Shown here one piece after another: positions 1-8,539 of a DNA stretch of 32,000 bases. A model generated the notes under the pieces. That model worked only from the letters and a program-made list of their open reading frames with translations. It was not told the origin of the DNA and did no database searches. Origin of the DNA: Candidatus Heimdallarchaeota archaeon (GTDB lineage Archaea > Asgardarchaeota > Heimdallarchaeia > Heimdallarchaeales > Kariarchaeaceae); NCBI GenBank assembly GCA_030149205.1, contig JASBSB010000001.1, positions 90,001 through 122,000 on the forward strand, read 5' to 3'. The position numbers were made by a program, and so were the translations under genes. Position 1 is the first letter of the stretch; each line of letters opens with the position of its first letter.

Positions 1-243
1 ATAGAATTCTTTCAGTATTTTAGCCCTGTAACATCATTGCGTAATGTCTACAGAAAGATTTTTGTTGTAAATTTAGCCACTGGGACAAGTTTTGGAGGAT
101 TTGGAGCTCCATCCTCAACTGTTTCTAAACCATCCAACTCTGTCTATTTAAGTAGTCTATTGGCGCTTATATTAATGATCATTGGCTCGTTGTATGGTAC
201 ATATTGGAATTTAAAGAGATATGCAAGGAGGGGATTTACATAA
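1..243 (+). CDS. C-terminal fragment of a probable ABC-2 type permease (5' truncated by the window edge)
   Basis: Frame is open from base 1 (IEFFQYFSPVTSLRNV...). It ends in a hydrophobic helix (LSSLLALILMIIGSLYG) plus a basic tail, directly upstream of an ABC ATPase. Confidence 0.6.
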   Translation: MEFFQYFSPVTSLRNVYRKIFVVNLATGTSFGGFGAPSSTVSKPSNSVYLSSLLALILMIIGSLYGTYWNLKRYARRGFT

Positions 244-1184
244 ATAGAATAAAATTTAACAACGTCTCAAAGTTTTATGGAGAGATAATTGGACTGAACG
301 AGGTAAGTTTTAGTTTCAATAAGGGCATTATAGGACTGGTTGGAACAAATGGTGCTGGAAAATCTACCACAATCAAATTGTGTACCTCATTAATCAAGGA
401 AGATATTGGTACAGTCACAGTAAACGGTGAGGAAATTTGGTTAAATTACGATTACTTGTCAAAAATGGGTTACGCAGCAGAAAAGGATAGACAATTCAAT
501 TGGATGAGTGGAAGAGAATTCTTGGAATGGAATGGTAAAATGTTCAATCTAGATTCACAAACACTTACAAAACGAATAAAATCAATTCTTGATTTAGTTG
601 GCTTAAAAGATGCTGCAGATAGAAAAATTCAGGGATACTCTAGAGGAATGCGACAACGGATTAAAATAGGACAAACACTGTTAAATGATCCAGAAATAAT
701 TTTTGTTGATGAGCCAATGTCTGGAACTGACCCCTTAGGACGAATAATGATTGCTGATACATTTACAAGATTATACAAGGATTTAGGGGCTACCATAGTT
801 TTATCTTCACACGTCCTTCATGAATTAGAGCGTTTAAGCACGTCTCTCATAATAATTGATCAGGGAAAGCTGGTTGCAAAGGGATCATCTGAACAAATAC
901 GTGAGAAACTATCAGGGTTTCCCAGAAAATTCAGAATACATTGTGATAACTCAAGGGAAGTATTGAAATCTCTGGTTGACCTGGTAATAGATATCACAAT
1001 TAAATCTGATGGGGTTTTAGACATTACAACCAAAAAGTTCTATGATGTAGAGAATCAATTGTTACAAATCCAAAAAAGTGGAGTGTCAACTATCTTTGAG
1101 TTTTATCCCTTAGATTCTGACTTAAATAGTGTCTATTCTTTACTTAAAGCCCCCATCCCAGAAGAGGAGGAGTTGATGCAATGA
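204..1184 (+). CDS. ABC transporter ATP-binding subunit (ABC-2 exporter type)
   Basis: Walker A GTNGAGKST, signature YSRGMRQR, Walker B IIFVDEP, H-loop LSSH. The ORF-track start is TTG at 204; an ATA at 240 behind AGGAGG is an alternative start. Confidence 0.95.
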   Translation: MEFKEICKEGIYINRIKFNNVSKFYGEIIGLNEVSFSFNKGIIGLVGTNGAGKSTTIKLCTSLIKEDIGTVTVNGEEIWLNYDYLSKMGYAAEKDRQFNWMSGREFLEWNGKMFNLDSQTLTKRIKSILDLVGLKDAADRKIQGYSRGMRQRIKIGQTLLNDPEIIFVDEPMSGTDPLGRIMIADTFTRLYKDLGATIVLSSHVLHELERLSTSLIIIDQGKLVAKGSSEQIREKLSGFPRKFRIHCDNSREVLKSLVDLVIDITIKSDGVLDITTKKFYDVENQLLQIQKSGVSTIFEFYPLDSDLNSVYSLLKAPIPEEEELMQ

Positions 1185-2101
1185 ATTTCAGATTACTTCA
1201 AGTACCCCAACTGTTTGAGAATTTCAAAAAGGACTTCAAATTTAGTCGACCTGTATATCAATTATCTTTACGTGAGTTAAGGGTAAAGAAATCAACATGG
1301 GGCCTGTTCCTCTTAATGTTCTTTCCGTGGTTGATTGAAATGATAATTTTTGTTTACGCAGTGCTTCCCACAAATTCATTGATTAACGTTAGCAATGCAC
1401 CAAATTTAACTAATGGAGGTTTTTGGCGTACATATTATAGAATTCACCTCGATACAGTCTTGCCGTATTTTGTGACAATGGCTACTTTACTGATAGGAAC
1501 GAGTATGTACCAAGATGAAATCAAAGATGAAACAATTAGCTACATTATGACTAAACCGATAAAAAGAAGTTATATCTTTCTCCAAAAATTCCTAGCATAT
1601 TTCAAGGTCATAACTTTGATAACAATACCCGCGGTGGTTATTCAATATTTGACTGCGTTTTTATTTACTGCAAGATATGACTCAGCTTTCAATTATTCAC
1701 GTCCTCTTATTGATCTCCCCACCTTGCTTTATATCAACATATTTGATCTTTTTTTAGTCGTTATTTCGGTTATTGTTATCACTTCAACTTTAGGTGCTAT
1801 ATTTATTTTTACGGGTTTGATGGTAAATCGTCCCCTACTCTTGAATCTATTTTTAGGTTTTAGTATATTGATTGAACAAATACTTATTGATTTAATTGAT
1901 AACAGAATAGAACCCCTATATCTTGGAATCAATATTCTGGCGAGACAGGTACTAGGATTCGAAACTGTCTTTCCAAATTTTTTTCTACGCAGAGAAATCC
2001 CTTATTTCGATCAATTTTCCTCCTATGTCAGTTGGATTATAGTTTTAGCCTTAACTATATTTATTGGATTTACGCAATCAAGTAAAAAAGAATTTACCTA
2101 A
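1181..2101 (+). CDS. ABC-2 type transporter permease
   Basis: About 6 hydrophobic segments and the motif EIKDETISYIMTKPIKRSYIFLQKFLA typical of ABC-2 permeases. ATGA overlap with the ATPase. Confidence 0.88.
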   Translation: MNFRLLQVPQLFENFKKDFKFSRPVYQLSLRELRVKKSTWGLFLLMFFPWLIEMIIFVYAVLPTNSLINVSNAPNLTNGGFWRTYYRIHLDTVLPYFVTMATLLIGTSMYQDEIKDETISYIMTKPIKRSYIFLQKFLAYFKVITLITIPAVVIQYLTAFLFTARYDSAFNYSRPLIDLPTLLYINIFDLFLVVISVIVITSTLGAIFIFTGLMVNRPLLLNLFLGFSILIEQILIDLIDNRIEPLYLGINILARQVLGFETVFPNFFLRREIPYFDQFSSYVSWIIVLALTIFIGFTQSSKKEFT

Positions 2102-2111
2102 TCTAAATAAA

Positions 2112-3617
2112 TTATAGAAGAGGGAGTTGTGATACCCGTTGTGATATAAGTTCAATAAGATTTGAATCTATTGTAAAAATTCCTTCACAGTTTTCAAATG
2201 TACGCTCAAATGTAAGAAATGCAAGAGAATTGTTTTTCCCATGAATTATAAGAAAATCATAAAGATTCAAAAAAGCTTCTTCGTTAATTTGATCAAGAAT
2301 GGTAATGTTGTTTGTAAATTCAACATTTACTTGACCTGCAGAGAATAAATTAATTGTATGAGCACTCACATTATTCAAGGTCTGATACAAATCAGATAGA
2401 TCAATTAGATCTGAATTTATTGAAACATCAATTTGAAATATCTCAAAATCTGATGAGTTAAAAGAATTTAATACCTGTACAAAGGATTTAATGAGTTCTG
2501 TTTTCTCAATCTGAATGAAAACAGTTGGTTTCTGGTTCAATATTTGATCGTTCTGACCTAGTTTAAAGTATTCGAGTAACGATAGCAGGAAAACCGAGTA
2601 CCTTGCTTTAGGGCTAATTTTTTCTTCTGTGACTGTGTCATAAATCAAAAATCGGTCTTCCTCAATGAGGATCTCCAAGAATTCATCCTCAATTGTTTCG
2701 ATAAATGTAAAAACTTGTCCAAAAATCCCCTGCCTATCCAAGTTCTTGACCTCCCTTTCCAACATCTCTTGTATTAATGGAGAAAGTTGAGAAAACAAAT
2801 CGTTGGTCAAACTCAACTCGAGAATTTTAAACATATCAGAGGAAATGTTTCTTTCATCGTTAAAGTTCGGCAAAGTTTCATCAGCTTTGTTTTGAGTTAA
2901 TAGTTTGAATGAGTTTTGAACAACTAAAGCCCACCAAGATATCCCTGAATAGGATTTAGAATTCTTGTAAAAGATTGGTTTAAGCCACCATACACTGTCA
3001 TCATCTTTAATGATAGCGCCCTTACTCTGAAGCCCTAATGGTTTATGAAGGATCTCAACTGCATTTTTCCAAATTTTTTGATCTGATAATGTTAATGGTC
3101 TGTCTTGTCTCTCACTGATATTAACAACCCAGCTTTCTTCTGTGAGTAATCCAACCCTATCAATAAATGAATATTTTTTAAAGTAGTTTTCAGTTATATC
3201 ATTAATTTTTGCAAGATAGAGTGGGTTAGAGGGCAATTTTTCTCCAAGTACTCTGTGGAGTTTGTTAATTAGGTTATTTAGTATCCCTCGATCTCCGAAT
3301 GAATTAAATATTACTTCTTTGTTGTCTTGAATAACCCTTAGAACATTTTTTAATAGGATATCCACTCCACCTTGACTCATCTGATTAGTGACCCTTATAG
3401 TAACAAGGATACCCCCCGTTCTACCATAGACTATGGTTGAGTCTTCATACACTTCCTTTTGTAGAGTTTCACCCGTTGCTTCCTCACCGAGCATGTCTTG
3501 GACAGAAATTCTACCAGCTTTTAAAACACTGTCAGAGTCTTCTTTATTCTCTTGATTTAAATGTAAGACCGGAACAGAATTCGCAATAATAAAGACTTCT
3601 AGGACGTCTGAGTGCAC
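2112..3617 (-). CDS. Longin/roadblock-like multidomain protein (putative small-GTPase regulator)
   Basis: The N-terminal ~125 aa follow the longin beta-beta-alpha-beta-beta-beta-alpha pattern (VLEVFIIANSVPVLHL...DSVLKAGRISVQDMLGEEATGETLQKEVYEDSTIVYGRTGGILVTIRV). The C-terminal ~100 aa follow a roadblock-like pattern. GTG start. Confidence 0.55.
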   Translation of the reverse strand: MHSDVLEVFIIANSVPVLHLNQENKEDSDSVLKAGRISVQDMLGEEATGETLQKEVYEDSTIVYGRTGGILVTIRVTNQMSQGGVDILLKNVLRVIQDNKEVIFNSFGDRGILNNLINKLHRVLGEKLPSNPLYLAKINDITENYFKKYSFIDRVGLLTEESWVVNISERQDRPLTLSDQKIWKNAVEILHKPLGLQSKGAIIKDDDSVWWLKPIFYKNSKSYSGISWWALVVQNSFKLLTQNKADETLPNFNDERNISSDMFKILELSLTNDLFSQLSPLIQEMLEREVKNLDRQGIFGQVFTFIETIEDEFLEILIEEDRFLIYDTVTEEKISPKARYSVFLLSLLEYFKLGQNDQILNQKPTVFIQIEKTELIKSFVQVLNSFNSSDFEIFQIDVSINSDLIDLSDLYQTLNNVSAHTINLFSAGQVNVEFTNNITILDQINEEAFLNLYDFLIIHGKNNSLAFLTFERTFENCEGIFTIDSNLIELISQRVSQLPLL

Positions 3618-3877
3618 AAATAAATTGTTGTTTTCAGAGTTTAAAACTTCTTAGGAGATGAAATATTGAAAAGTTGAAGGAAATATTTGTAGGTTACATC
3701 CCTAGGGTTTAAAATTAGTCTATAAGTTATCTATTTGCCAATTCGAGGGCTGCTCGAGGTATCAATGAGAGTCAGTGCAAAATTGGCGTTACCTTCCATT
3801 TGAATATTTACCCAATATAGGTTAATTCAATCTTAACTTAATTTTTCTTGATATTGTAATATTATTCAAAGTCTTAG

Positions 3878-3983
3878 TATATATGTGAATTATTAAGAAT
3901 TAATGTGAATGTTTAATGTATTCGAATGTATATATATGTGAAATATTAGGAATTAAAGTGAATGTTTAATGTAATTGAATGTA
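3878..3983. repeat. Tandem direct repeat, 2 x 53 bp (48/53 identical), overlapping the dnaG 3' end
   Basis: 3878-3930 tatatatgtgaattattaagaattaatgtgaatgtttaatgtattcgaatgta versus 3931-3983 tatatatgtgaaatattaggaattaaagtgaatgtttaatgtaattgaatgta. Confidence 0.95.
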
Positions 3984-5521
3984 GTATAAATTGTACCGTT
4001 TGAATCAGTTTGTGACCCATATTCAGGTATTTCATCACTTACCACCGCACCGAGTAAGTATTTCACATGTTTATTTTTTGCTTCAGAAAGCAGCCTCGAG
4101 GATATTACTCCATCAATCAAAATCGCGGAGATATCTCTCTTGGTCTGGGTTAGGTAATTGTAGGTGTCTGCTGTTGAAACTGTTTGAAATGGCCTGTTTT
4201 CTGAATCAAAAAACGTTGAGGATGTGGAATGTTGAATTTCTCTGAGCGCCCCAAGAAGTTCTCTTGGAATCTCAAATTCAGGAACAGGTGGTCTTCTTTC
4301 TCTGCCACCTCTTCTTCCTGATCCTCTCGAAAATTTAGAGCGTTTATCGAATCCCTGTCCAGGTCTTTTGTCAAATCTCCTTCGGTTTCCAGATCTTCTA
4401 GGTTCTGAATACCTGTTTGTCTTTTTAGATTTAGACTTCAGTTCTGACATCCGGGGTTTGTTTTCACTCTGAGGCTTTTCATCTTTGTTTTTTGGTTCTG
4501 ATTTTCCATCAAATTTACTTTTAACTCTAGTAAGAAATGACTTTTTTTTGTCAGGTGTGGTTTTCACATCATCCTTAACATCAGTTCTTTGATTACTAGA
4601 ATACCTTCGTCTATCTCTGGAAATTCCCCTTGATGAGGTTCCTCTTCTTGAACCATTCATATCACCTAAGAAATCCCTGACGGATTTTTCAAAGGTTAAG
4701 AATTTCGCATCTTTAGCGGGAATTTTTCTTTCGAGCAAACTTCTAACATCTGCTTTTGAAAGGTCTTCAACCTCACTATGTGGAGGAGCTCTGGCAATAT
4801 AATCAATTTCAATTTGATTTAAGAGTTGCTTGAGAACTTGATCCCCTCCGCCATCTCCATCGAGAAAGACAGTAACAGATTTTTTCTTACACAGGTTTCT
4901 TACAGATGAGGGTAAATTTGTCCCTCTGACTTCGATAACGTTATCGATGCCACAGCTCAATAATTTGATAACATCTGCCCTTCCTTCTACTAAGATAATT
5001 TCATCATTCTCGAAAATCGCATTTCCTGCGGCAAGTTTTTCTTTCCCAAATGTGATTGGCTTCTTCGTAGATAGGGTGGATTTTAACACTGTATCTTTAA
5101 GATTTTTAATTTCTGGATCTTCTTTCCAGTTTTGCATTATTTCTTTGGCTCTATCAACAATTTTGGTTTTCTTTTCCTTACGAACGTCTTCAATCCCGTT
5201 TAATTTGACTGAAGCATCATAAGAACCAACCCGATCAACTATTTCAAGGGTTGCAGCTAGGATTGCTGTTTCAACCTTGTTTAAACTTGAAGGGATCTCA
5301 ATTGTACCAATGGTTTTTCCACCGGATGTTTTTATTTTTAATGAAATCCTTCCAATTCTCCCAGTTCTTTGGAGCTGTTTGAATTCCATTTCCCTTTCAA
5401 GAATTCCTTCGGTCTGGCCAAATAATGCACCTACAATATCAGCTTCTGAAGCAAGACCATCTACGGTCACCTGCGCGGTTAGTTTATATTTTATTGCTTC
5501 TTCATAAGTTTTTGCGCCGAT
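3953..5521 (-). CDS. dnaG: Archaeal DnaG (TOPRIM primase-like, exosome-associated RNA-binding protein)
   Basis: Motifs DIVGALFGQTEG, LQRTGRIGRI, AILAATLEIVDRVG and TOPRIM ILVEGRADV...VFLDGDGGG. The frame stays open 17 codons upstream of the GTG at 5470, to an ATC at 5521-5519, and encodes GAKTYEEAIKYKLTAQ, which resembles the conserved DnaG N-terminus. Confidence 0.93.
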   Translation of the reverse strand: MGAKTYEEAIKYKLTAQVTVDGLASEADIVGALFGQTEGILEREMEFKQLQRTGRIGRISLKIKTSGGKTIGTIEIPSSLNKVETAILAATLEIVDRVGSYDASVKLNGIEDVRKEKKTKIVDRAKEIMQNWKEDPEIKNLKDTVLKSTLSTKKPITFGKEKLAAGNAIFENDEIILVEGRADVIKLLSCGIDNVIEVRGTNLPSSVRNLCKKKSVTVFLDGDGGGDQVLKQLLNQIEIDYIARAPPHSEVEDLSKADVRSLLERKIPAKDAKFLTFEKSVRDFLGDMNGSRRGTSSRGISRDRRRYSSNQRTDVKDDVKTTPDKKKSFLTRVKSKFDGKSEPKNKDEKPQSENKPRMSELKSKSKKTNRYSEPRRSGNRRRFDKRPGQGFDKRSKFSRGSGRRGGRERRPPVPEFEIPRELLGALREIQHSTSSTFFDSENRPFQTVSTADTYNYLTQTKRDISAILIDGVISSRLLSEAKNKHVKYLLGAVVSDEIPEYGSQTDSNGTIYTTFNYIKHSL

Positions 5522-5527
5522 ATTAAA

Positions 5528-5533
5528 ACCTCC
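5528..5533 (-). promoter_or_regulatory. Shine-Dalgarno GGAGGT of dnaG
   Basis: Plus-strand acctcc lies 6 nt upstream of the in-frame ATC. Confidence 0.75.
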
Positions 5534-5643
5534 ATGCCGTTTGGCACAATTAAACTATATCTTTTGTTAATTATAAATATATGTTTATGAAGTATTTTCG
5601 TCAGGTTCCTTTAAATGAAATTTAAACTATAATACAACTTTTT

Positions 5644-7230
5644 CTAATCCTGTCTCCGCTTGTTTATGATTGGAATTAAGGCAACAAACCCTATGAAAAA
5701 TGCAAGTGCCGAAAATGGTGCTCCAACTTGTGGTACTGTTGGACTGACAAATGTAAATAGTGTTGTTGTACTTGCCATATTTCCTGCGTTATCGACTACA
5801 TACAGTGTTACTGTATAAGAATTGTATTTTGCATATGTATAGGTAAATGAACTAAGACCTGTAACCTCGACTGAAACATTATTACCTAAATCCAAGATGG
5901 CATATTTTATTCCAGATAGGTTATCATTAAAGTTGAAATAAAACGTGATGTTTCTTGATTCGGATTGTATATTTAACGAAGTTGCTGAGTTACTTAAATT
6001 TAAAGTTGGTTTAACATTGTCAATCACAAACTGGAGATGGATTGTTGTGTTAACTCCTTTATCAGACAGGGCTACAAATGTTAAATTATACCTGTTATTC
6101 TCTTTAAAGGTGAGTTGGGATGAATTTCCAGATTTGATCACAGAAACAGTTGAGCTGTTATCCGAAAGATTCTTGATTGTCATTGTATATTCGGACAGGT
6201 TACCCTTAGCTAATACAGAGGTATAATTAAGTGTGAATTTAGTTTTGTTGGAATAATAGGTGTTGTTAATCTTTGTGAAAACAGCTGTATTGTCACTGAG
6301 TTTAACAGTCAGATTCACCTTTGGTTTACCATCTACAACCTCCACCATATGATAATCAATGTTGTTAATAAAATAGGTGGTATTCCTATGTGGATCAAAA
6401 ATATACAACGTTGAAGTCCAAGTGATATTTACTCCCGGTTTAAATTTACCCAAATTATATGTTGAGTTAAACAGATTGCCAGGAAATGTTGCAACAGAAG
6501 AAAAATTAGCAAATTTGGTTAGAGGTGTTTGAGTAGTTTTGTATGCAAACCCAAATACACCAGTTGACTTGTTAAATCCATTGAGTACAAAAGTAACATT
6601 TTCTGTTTGTATATAGAAATTCGTGCTTGGTTTTGTTCCAAAGGTTACATTGTCAGATATAAGGTTTCTAACGTCATGAACACCAGTATCAGCCAGACCG
6701 TTCACCTCAACAAAAAACTGTGAGAAGGATGATTTTAATGTGAAATTATACTCATATCTAGAATAGGTTACGTTTTTTAGTGTGGTAAATGGATCATAAG
6801 GTAACTTATAGGTTGGTACATTGACAGTATTGAGATATCTAAACTTGGGGACACTCTTATTTGCAAAATTCAAAGATGAATTTATTCCCAATGCATCTGA
6901 ATGGAACAATGGTAAGGTGGTAGAAGAACCATTGATAACAAGATAGGTGAATGAGTAATTTTGCCCCACCTGAGCCTTATAAATACCACCTAAGTTCAAA
7001 GAATCGTTTCTTGAACGGAGTACGGGAACAGATGTTCCATTGGTAAACTTAACTGACTCAACAATAGGTCGGGAGAATTGTTGAATCTGTAAAGGTGTAG
7101 CAAATTCAGAACCCTTTGGGTTCAGATTGATTGATTGGATTGAAGTACCTGTTATGGTTGCTAACTGAAATGATGTTAGCACCAAAAGGCAAACAATAAT
7201 CATTGATGTTAGAATTTTAAATTTACTCAT
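5644..7230 (-). CDS. Secreted, C-terminally anchored cell-surface glycoprotein with Ig-like/PKD-like beta domains
   Basis: N-terminal signal peptide; about 29 N-X-S/T sequons by manual count; PKD-like YTVTLYVVDNAGN; C-terminal GAPF-hydrophobic helix-KRR sorting-signal-like tail. Confidence 0.8.
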   Translation of the reverse strand: MSKFKILTSMIIVCLLVLTSFQLATITGTSIQSINLNPKGSEFATPLQIQQFSRPIVESVKFTNGTSVPVLRSRNDSLNLGGIYKAQVGQNYSFTYLVINGSSTTLPLFHSDALGINSSLNFANKSVPKFRYLNTVNVPTYKLPYDPFTTLKNVTYSRYEYNFTLKSSFSQFFVEVNGLADTGVHDVRNLISDNVTFGTKPSTNFYIQTENVTFVLNGFNKSTGVFGFAYKTTQTPLTKFANFSSVATFPGNLFNSTYNLGKFKPGVNITWTSTLYIFDPHRNTTYFINNIDYHMVEVVDGKPKVNLTVKLSDNTAVFTKINNTYYSNKTKFTLNYTSVLAKGNLSEYTMTIKNLSDNSSTVSVIKSGNSSQLTFKENNRYNLTFVALSDKGVNTTIHLQFVIDNVKPTLNLSNSATSLNIQSESRNITFYFNFNDNLSGIKYAILDLGNNVSVEVTGLSSFTYTYAKYNSYTVTLYVVDNAGNMASTTTLFTFVSPTVPQVGAPFSALAFFIGFVALIPIINKRRQD

Positions 7231-7351
7231 GAATGTAAACCTACCTCAAATTTTGAGTCTTGTTAATAGAAAATCCCAAAAGTTAGTTTAAATACGTTTT
7301 CTTATTGTGGTCGTAAGTTCAGCAAGATTTGATATAAAGTAACCCCAACAC

Positions 7352-8533
7352 TCATCTTAAAAGACAAGCCGACAAAGGGATCTCATACCAGGGGGCTTTC
7401 ACAGAGAATGAGAATGAATCAAGCAAGATATAAAGTGAATTCGCTGAAAATAGTCCCTCAGAGAAAAAATTTTGTAGGGTTATGGATAATGTTTGATGAT
7501 CGCTTACTTTGATAATAAAATTTTGCTTATCAGAATTAAAGCTCACATCATTATTACAAAGAAACAAAGTTTTGAAATTCTTCCCAAAATTAAATCCATC
7601 ACCTAATCCTCCCAACACAACTATATTTGAAAATGATGGTCTGAGTGGATGACTCATGTCCCAAAATAGGAAGCGATCATTTCTTCTCCGAAAGGAGAAT
7701 TGTGACCTGAAATTTTGGATTTGGTTTTGACCAAGACGAATCAACTCTTGTGGCACTGTTGGACTCCATGCATCATCCAACTTTTGTGTAATCATTCCAT
7801 CATGAAGGTCTGGAATATCAAGAATCTTAAATTTTGAGTAAAAGGTTAAATGTGTGTCAATTTCCTGAGTTAAAAGGGCTGAGATCATTTTTGCAACCAG
7901 AAACGGGTGAACAACCACTGATTTTGGTAATTCTGATGTAACTCCAATGAATTCATTTGCATTATCCAACAAATTTTGAAAATCAAGAGTACTATTTATC
8001 TTTGAATGAAAATAAAACATTTCCTGATTGTTATGAAGAACTGAATATTTAATAAAGTTTAATGGATCTTGAATTGGGGACCTATCAACCTCAAATGAGA
8101 TTTTATACCCATTAAAAGATTCCATTAAAATAATTTTCCAATTTCCATAGCTAAAATTCTCAGATTTCTGAATTGATTCTTCAATAACACTCCCAGGAAT
8201 ACTCCAAGCACTTAAAATATCCCAATTCAATCCAAGTTCTACTTCATCGGATTTTTCGGGTTGGAAATTTATCATGTGATTTCTTACATCCTCAATTAGG
8301 TCATTGATATGAGAAATGTCAACCACTAAATCGTTAATTGTAACACCTTTGTTAAGAAATGATAGAATAAGCATTTTTCTTTCGATTTCCCTACTTACAG
8401 GAGCTGTGTACCACCCGCCGTGGACGTTTATAAGAGAAATTCTAAATTTCAACACAGGATTAATACTACGAATCTGTTTAGACATTAATTCTAATAGTTC
8501 TATATCACTTGTAATCTCAGTTTGAATATTCAA
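7352..8533 (-). CDS. Highly divergent TldE/PmbA-like partner protein
   Basis: Directly downstream of tldD (6 nt gap). Residual similarity: LPKSVVVHPFLVAKM, ILDIPDLHDGMITQKLDD, PSFSNIVV, VKAPW. No HExxxH. TTG start with upstream GAGGTG. Confidence 0.6.
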   Translation of the reverse strand: MNIQTEITSDIELLELMSKQIRSINPVLKFRISLINVHGGWYTAPVSREIERKMLILSFLNKGVTINDLVVDISHINDLIEDVRNHMINFQPEKSDEVELGLNWDILSAWSIPGSVIEESIQKSENFSYGNWKIILMESFNGYKISFEVDRSPIQDPLNFIKYSVLHNNQEMFYFHSKINSTLDFQNLLDNANEFIGVTSELPKSVVVHPFLVAKMISALLTQEIDTHLTFYSKFKILDIPDLHDGMITQKLDDAWSPTVPQELIRLGQNQIQNFRSQFSFRRRNDRFLFWDMSHPLRPSFSNIVVLGGLGDGFNFGKNFKTLFLCNNDVSFNSDKQNFIIKVSDHQTLSITLQNFFSEGLFSANSLYILLDSFSFSVKAPWYEIPLSACLLR

Positions 8534-8539
8534 TATTAT

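Noticed and set aside
3878-3983. Possible CRISPR mini-array
   Set aside because: Only two directly abutting 53-bp copies, with no spacer and no cas genes.
3991-5507. Short ORFs overlapping dnaG (3991-4245, 4150-4374, 4947-5222, 5277-5507)
   Set aside because: Antisense or alternative-frame shadows of a well-supported gene.
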